Source of the DNA: Octopus sinensis
Taxonomy: Eukaryota
NCBI RefSeq assembly: GCF_006345805.1
Contig: NW_021836753.1
Coordinates: forward strand, 1 to 27,745
Direction: 5' to 3'
DNA: 27,745 nt
The position numbers and the translations under genes are program-made. The notes beneath the pieces were generated by a model. That model was not told the DNA's origin and did no database searches. It saw only the letters and a program-made list of their open reading frames with translations. Shown here one piece after another: positions 21,785 to 27,745 of the stretch. The first letter of the stretch is position 1. The number at the start of each line of letters is the position of its first letter.

Positions 21785-21872
21785 ATTAGCGCGTTGAGAA
21801 AAACAAACTGCTTAATGTCATTTCCTCCGGCTTTAAGTACCGAGTTCGAATCTCACCGAGACCAACTTTATC
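21785..21872 (+). mobile_element. Possible degenerate SINE family C head fragment
   Basis: TTAGCGCGTTGAGAAAAAC..TGCTTAATGTCATTTCCTCCGGCTTTAAGTACCGAGTTCGAATCTCACCGAGACCAACTTT parallels the family C head and includes B-box GAGTTCGAATCTC. Confidence 0.55.
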
Positions 21873-21900
21873 GGAAAAAAATATATATGAAATAAACAAA

Positions 21901-22327
21901 CAGGCGTGGCTGTGTGGTAAGTAGCTTGCTTACCAACCACATAGTTCCGGGTTAAGTCCCACTGCGTAGCAGCTTGGGCAAGTGTCTTCTAATATAGCCT
22001 CGGGCTGACCAAAGCCTTGTGAGTGGATTTGGTAGACGGAAGCTGAAAGAAGACCGTCGTATATATATATGTATATGTGTGTGTGTGTGTGTACATATAT
22101 ACGTGTGTGTGTGTATGTGTTCGCGTGTGTGTATTTGTGTTTGTCCCCCCACCATCGCTTGACAGCCGATGCTGGCGTGTTTACGTCCCCGTCACTTAGA
22201 GGTTGGGCAAAAGAGACCGATAGAATAAGTACTAGGCTTACAAAGAATAAGACCTGGGGGTCGATTTGCTCGACTAAAAGGCGGTGCTCCAGCATGGCCG
22301 CAGTCAAATGACTGAAACAAATAAAGC
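21901..22327 (+). mobile_element. SINE family A, full length
   Basis: TGGCTGTGTGG A-box, GGTTAAGTCCC B-box, CORE-like CTTGGGCAAGTGTCTT, internal microsatellite, 3' GGCCGCAGTCAAATGACTGAAACAA, then poly-A. Confidence 0.93.
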
Positions 22328-23168
22328 AAAAAAAAAAAAAAAAGAAAAGAAGCCGAGTCTGAACAAGTATACATTAAAACATACAAATATGAAATGATAC
22401 GGCGTGAGGGAAACAATGTTAGGAGAAGCTGAAGGGGATGGGGTACATCATATTTTTCTCTTTATTTTTTTTCGGGTAGAAATACTCGGAAACATTTGGG
22501 AACTCGTTAGGAATGCGATGGATGGATAATTTCGAAATATTAACAGAGTAAATATTGAACTTGGCATTCCTACAATGAAGAAATTCAAAGGAAGACACTG
22601 ACAAAGGCTAAACGGTTTGCAACCTGGAATTTACAATTAAATGTATGCAATTATTGAACCTAGGAAGTCTACCAGTAATTCAGACAATGGCATTCTGGTT
22701 CTTTATTGCGATGGGTATTATTAGAGGACCGATGGTTCTCTTAAGATGTTAGACCAAGAATGTAATAACATAGAAAATATATACAAAATGCGTATACTTA
22801 TATCTATATAAATAGATACCCAAACGGATATTCGTACGTAATTTGCGGACAAGAATTCCGTATGGATATCTACGGCCGATTGTAGTTACACACAGATGTA
22901 TATACGGAGAAGGCTATATAAATAAACACAAATGAATACGTATATGCGCAATGATATCGTTGCTAATATGAAGTAACACTAGTTTAAGTATATGAGAAAA
23001 CAATGATTGCTTCAAAATTACAGGGCTCGGTGCCGTAAGAATGTAATATATCGAGTATACACAGTAGAAATACATGTATGTATGTATGTATGTATGTATG
23101 TATGTATGTATGTATGTATGTATGTATATTATGTATGTATATATATATATATAGGATATATAATATAT

Positions 23169-23208
<40 letters not shown>

Positions 23209-23268
23209 TAAAATATAGTTATCTACGAGAATACGCCATGCTGAAATAGCACCCAAGATCTGACTCTC

Positions 23269-23362
23269 AAATCCATTCACAAGGCTTTGGTCAGCCCGAG
23301 GCTATATTAGAAGATACTTGCCCCAGGTGCCACACAGAGGGACTGAACCCGGAACTATGTGT
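23269..23362 (-). mobile_element. SINE family A 5' fragment
   Basis: AAATCCATTCACAAGGCTTTGGTCAGCCCGAGGCTATATTAGAAGATACTTGCCCCAGGTGCCACACAGAGGGACTGAACCCGGAACTATGTG. Confidence 0.85.
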
Positions 23363-23413
23363 GTTGTAAAACACTTAATGTGCTTTTAGAGTCAGATCTG
23401 GCTGCTATTTATA

Positions 23414-23475
<62 letters not shown>

Positions 23476-23489
23476 AATTTATAGAGACT

Positions 23490-23696
23490 GTACCCTTAAC
23501 GTAATTCCTCTGGGAGACTCAGCGTGTGACAAGGCTGGATCCTTGAAATACAAGTACTACTCATTTTCGCCTGATCTGTGGACTGGAGCAACTTGAAATA
23601 AAGTGTCTTGCTTAAGGACACAATGCGTCACCGGGAATCGAACTCACGTCCTCACGATCGTGAGTCGATTACCCCAGCCATTAAGCCACACACCTT
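23490..23696 (-). mobile_element. tRNA-derived SINE family D (CORE-like central part)
   Basis: Minus strand AAGGTGTGTGGCTTAATGG (A-box) ... GAGTTCGATTCCCGG (B-box) ... TGTGTCCTTAAGCAAGACACTTTATTTCAAGTTGCTCCAGTCCAC ... TTACGTTAAGGGTAC. Confidence 0.8.
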
Positions 23697-23719
23697 CATA
23701 TTAAAAATATATCTATATA

Positions 23720-23881
23720 GGCGCAGGAGTGGCTGTGTGGTAAGTAGCTTGCTAACCAACCGCATGGTTCCGGGTTCAGTCCCACTGCGTACATCTTGGG
23801 CAAGTGTCTTCTACTATAGCCCCGGTCGACCAATGCCTTGTGAGTGGATTTGGTAGACGGAAACTGAAAGAAGCCTGTCGT

Positions 23882-23920
<39 letters not shown>

Positions 23921-24160
23921 ATATATGTGTGTGTGTGTGTTTGTGTGGTCTGTGTTTGTCCCCCTAGCATTGCTTGACACCGATGCTGGTGTGTTTACGT
24001 CCCCGTCACTTAGCGGTTCGGCAAAAGAGACCGATAGAATAAGCACTGGGCTTACAAAGAATAAGTCCCCGGGGTCGATTTGCTCGACTAAAGGTGGTGC
24101 TCCAGCATGGCCGCAGTCAAAATGACCGAAACAAGTAATAGAATAAAAGAATAAAAGAAT
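23720..24160 (+). mobile_element. SINE family A, full length, least diverged copy
   Basis: GGCGCAGGAGTGGCTGTGTGGTAAG (A-box), GGTTCAGTCCC (B-box), internal (TA)n(TG)n, (AAAAGAAT)n tail. Confidence 0.95.
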
Positions 24161-24250
24161 ATATAATAAGAGTAAAAAAATTTTAATTCCGGCGAATTAA
24201 TTTATTTTTAATGAGGTGTGGAGGCCGGTAAATAATGAAATTTTTACGGG

Positions 24251-24425
24251 TATTCTTTAATTCTTTTAATCGTTTCAGTCCCAGGACTTATCTTTTTTAA
24301 GCCTAGAGCTTGTTCTATTGGTCCTTTTTGCCGAGCCGCTAATGTTACGGGGACATAAACACACCAGCATCGGTTGTCAAGTGATATTGAGGGGCGGGAG
24401 GCAAACATGCACAAACACACACACA
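24251..24425 (-). mobile_element. SINE family A 3' half with an internal deletion
   Basis: TATTCTTTAATTCTTTTAATCGTTTCAGTC | CCAGGACTTAT..TTACGGGGACATAAACACACCAGCATCGGTTGTCAAG. Confidence 0.85.
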
Positions 24426-24954
24426 TATAGTAACACTAAGAGGGAATTTTGATTGTCTCCACGTAGTGTTTTGTATTATATATAAGAAATTAAAGAAGGA
24501 AAATGCACACACTTTACATAGTTTAAATATTATTTTTAATATGTCTTATATTGTGTTTTGTCGACCAGTTTCGCTTTCGCTATTCATAACGTTAAAATTT
24601 GTTTAAATACGTATTATGTACATATTTCTCCCCACTACTCTAGTTTTTGAAATTTTGTGTATATACATATATATAACCCGCCCCACCGAAAGCTAAACAA
24701 TTATCTCCCCTGCCCACAATAATAACGATAATCAATTACCTCCCCTTAGATTTTTCTACTTGTTGCATTATTCATTCATAAACTCCACACACAACATGGA
24801 CAAAATATTTCTTCTTAAGTAAATACGCATTTAAATAAATTTTAATGTCATGAATAACGAAAGCGAAACCGGTTGAAAAACACAATACAACATACATTAA
24901 AAATTATATTTAAACTATGTAAAGTGTGTGCATTTTCCTCCTTTAATTTCTTAT

Positions 24955-25012
24955 ATATATATGACGGGCTTCTTTCAGTTTCCATCTACCAAATCCACTC
25001 ACCAGGCTTTGG
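24955..25012 (-). mobile_element. SINE family A internal fragment
   Basis: ATGACGGGCTTCTTTCAGTTTCCATCTACCAAATCCACTCACCAGGCTTTGG. Confidence 0.8.
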
Positions 25013-25584
25013 CGTGTGTGTGTGTGTGTGTGTTTGTGTGTGTAGGTGTGTGTATGAGTGTTTGAATCGAACTTGAATAGAGTGTCCGTCTATCAGTGTT
25101 CAGACGTTATTGGTCATCAGAGTTACAGTCGAAGTGACACCGAAAGCACTACGTAGTAAGTTCGAACTCACTCCATGGCAGTATGAAGCAAAATGCTTAA
25201 AAACAAATTCTCTGCATTCGCGCACGCGCACTCACACACACACACACACACACGTACACACTCACAAACACACTCACAAACACATGCGTATACATACCAT
25301 ACATTAACATTAAATTCTAGGAATATTCGTAGTAGAATGCATGTTTGTGAAACTTTTAGCAGGAAAAAGTTAACAGTGACTTCGAAGTCCCGGTTTGTTG
25401 GCCTTCGTCATACTCTCTGGTGATAACGAGTAACCCGAAACGTCGGAGTCAGTCCCAACCATATCCTTGTAGAAGTTTAGTAAAGACACGTATATACTGC
25501 TAATAAATATTGTCTCTTTTAATACCGAGTGCTTTACTGATATCTTCCAGGAATTTTTAATCGCATTTTTTCTTATAATTATGC

Positions 25585-25664
25585 TCACACACACGCACAC
25601 ACAAATATATACATTATACATACAAATATATATGTAAGTACACGCATACACATATATATTTGTA

Positions 25665-25710
<46 letters not shown>

Positions 25711-25972
25711 AATAAATATATATATACATATATACATATGTATATATACATGTGTATCTATCTATCTATCTATCTACCTACCTACCTATCTGTCTATCTA
25801 TCTATCAATCTATCTATCTATCTATCTATATAATTCATATGTATGTATACATAATATATGTGGTGTATATATACGTATGTGTATATAAATATAGCTACCT
25901 ACCTACCTTCTACCTACCTACCTACCTACCTTCTACCTATCTACCTACCTACCTACATACCTACCTACCTTT

Positions 25973-26059
<87 letters not shown>

Positions 26060-26135
26060 CATACAAACATATACATATATATACACATACATACATACAA
26101 ACATATATGTATGTATATGTGTATATATACTCTTT
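25585..26135. repeat. (TA)n, (TCTA)n, (TACC)n, (TC)n microsatellites
   Basis: Direct reading. Confidence 0.93.
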
Positions 26136-27154
26136 GTATTTAGACATTTTGCATTATTTGTTACAGACAGTACATACGCTCACTAACGTCTTGTAAAAAA
26201 AATCTTTCTCATTACACATCGTCTGTTGGAACAGTCTAAATTCCTACCTAGCAGCAAAATCACCAGTTCGCCTGACCTTTCCATCATTTCACAAATAATT
26301 ATATTCTTTACAATGTGTTATAGGTTTTTGATAATAAATATTTTTCGTCTTATCTTTTGGGGAAAAAAACGAAAGAAAGAAATCAAAAAACAAAATGAAG
26401 TACAGAATCAGTCGTATCCATACTACTCCTTGCTAGAGGAAGCCAAATAACAGTTCAGTCATGCGCAGTGATCTCATCCGGGATGTAGTTAATGAAGTCG
26501 TTGTTTTTCAAGGCCCCCTTTCTCAAAAAAGAGGATTTCTAAATATATATATATATATATATATACATAAAATATTATAAAAGAGAAGGTGAGAAGAGAT
26601 GGACGGAGACTTGCGTGTTCTTTGATATAGCTTTGGTGAATAGCAACGACAAATTCTTTAGTAATTATATAAAAAAAATAATATAGGAATTTTTCTACGC
26701 AGAAGCTGTTTTTTTTTTATTCTTTTAATGTTGAGAAAGCTACATCATTATTTTCTGTTTTTCATCTTCCATAATTAAATGGAATATTATCATTGAAAAG
26801 AGACATATTTTTGAGGGATCGTCCTTCGCCCTTAGCCAAAGGCGGCATTGTTCCATCGGGTTTTAAAGAAGGAATTATTAAAAAAAAAATAAAGGTAACA
26901 ATAAAAGCTTTTAGTTGCCTATAGAATGGTCTGATATAGAAGAAATAATTGGCTAAAGAATTAATCTTATTAGATTCAAATAAAATCACCTAAAATATTA
27001 AAAAATATATGAAGTAAAAAACAATTCTTGGGTATTTGGACAAGATAAGAGAGGGAAGACAAAAATGAAAAAAAGAAAACGAAATGATAAAATGATAGAA
27101 AAATAAAAATATATATATATGTAAAAAATCATATACAGAAAAACATGAAACAAA

Positions 27155-27202
27155 ATAATAATAATAATGATGATGATGATAATAATGATAATAATGATGA
27201 TG

Positions 27203-27244
<42 letters not shown>

Positions 27245-27292
27245 TAATATAATAATAATAATAATAATAATAATGATAATAATAATAATAAT

Positions 27293-27336
<44 letters not shown>

Positions 27337-27552
27337 TAATAATAATGATAATAAGCAATACAAAAAAATAAATGACAAATGCGGCTTCAATTTTAAATGC
27401 GCTTTCAATTTTTTTTTGAGATGAAAATATAATGGAAAATTCGGTGAAACTAATAAAAACCAATATACACATATGTATACGTATAGACACATACTATATA
27501 CACACATACATACATACTACATATATATATATATTATATATATATATATATA

Positions 27553-27602
<50 letters not shown>

Positions 27603-27670
27603 CCACACACAGACACCCCACACACACACAACCACACACCACACTATATATATATATATATATATATATA
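27155..27670. repeat. (AAT/GAT)n tract at 27155-27355 and (TA)n/(CA)n tracts at 27500-27670
   Basis: Direct reading. Confidence 0.94.
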
Positions 27671-27745
27671 TGTCGTTCTTCAGCCTGTGGTTCACAATAT
27701 GTTCAATTAGTTGTTTGTTACTAGGGTCAACACTTTCCTTTGGAT

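Noticed and set aside
26456-26540. Short minus-strand frame KSSFLRKGALKNNDFINYIPDEITAHD*
   Set aside because: Only 27 codons, weak acceptor after (TA)n, no recognisable homology.

Overview
Eukaryotic, repeat-dominated non-coding DNA. The tRNA-derived SINE families and extreme (TA)n/(TCTA)n/(TACA)n/(CAT)n/(AAT)n microsatellite density point to an octopus genome (inference; species cannot be determined). No host protein-coding gene can be supported: nearly all ORFs in the track are translations of microsatellites or SINEs. Recognisable content: about 9 copies or fragments of a tRNA/CORE-like SINE with an internal microsatellite (family A), about 6 of a tRNA/Meta(Sauria)-like SINE (family C), single copies of two other SINE types, two decayed 3' ends of R4/Dong-type restriction-like-endonuclease LINEs, a decayed Rex3/Expander-like RTE LINE 3' end, and a 48-bp higher-order minisatellite. 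Best leads: (1) a 63-bp-arm inverted repeat at 17350-17494 whose arms carry a type I hammerhead-ribozyme-like motif (U4C variant, palindromic helix III), suggesting a Penelope pLTR or retrozyme-type family; (2) a GC/CpG-rich unique island at ~14350-14760 with tandem CACGTG E-boxes spaced 7 bp and overlapping NRF1-type motifs; (3) a long 3' UTR-like sequence downstream of an R4/Dong ORF that also occurs on its own; (4) closely spaced inverted SINE pairs that could form ADAR substrates.
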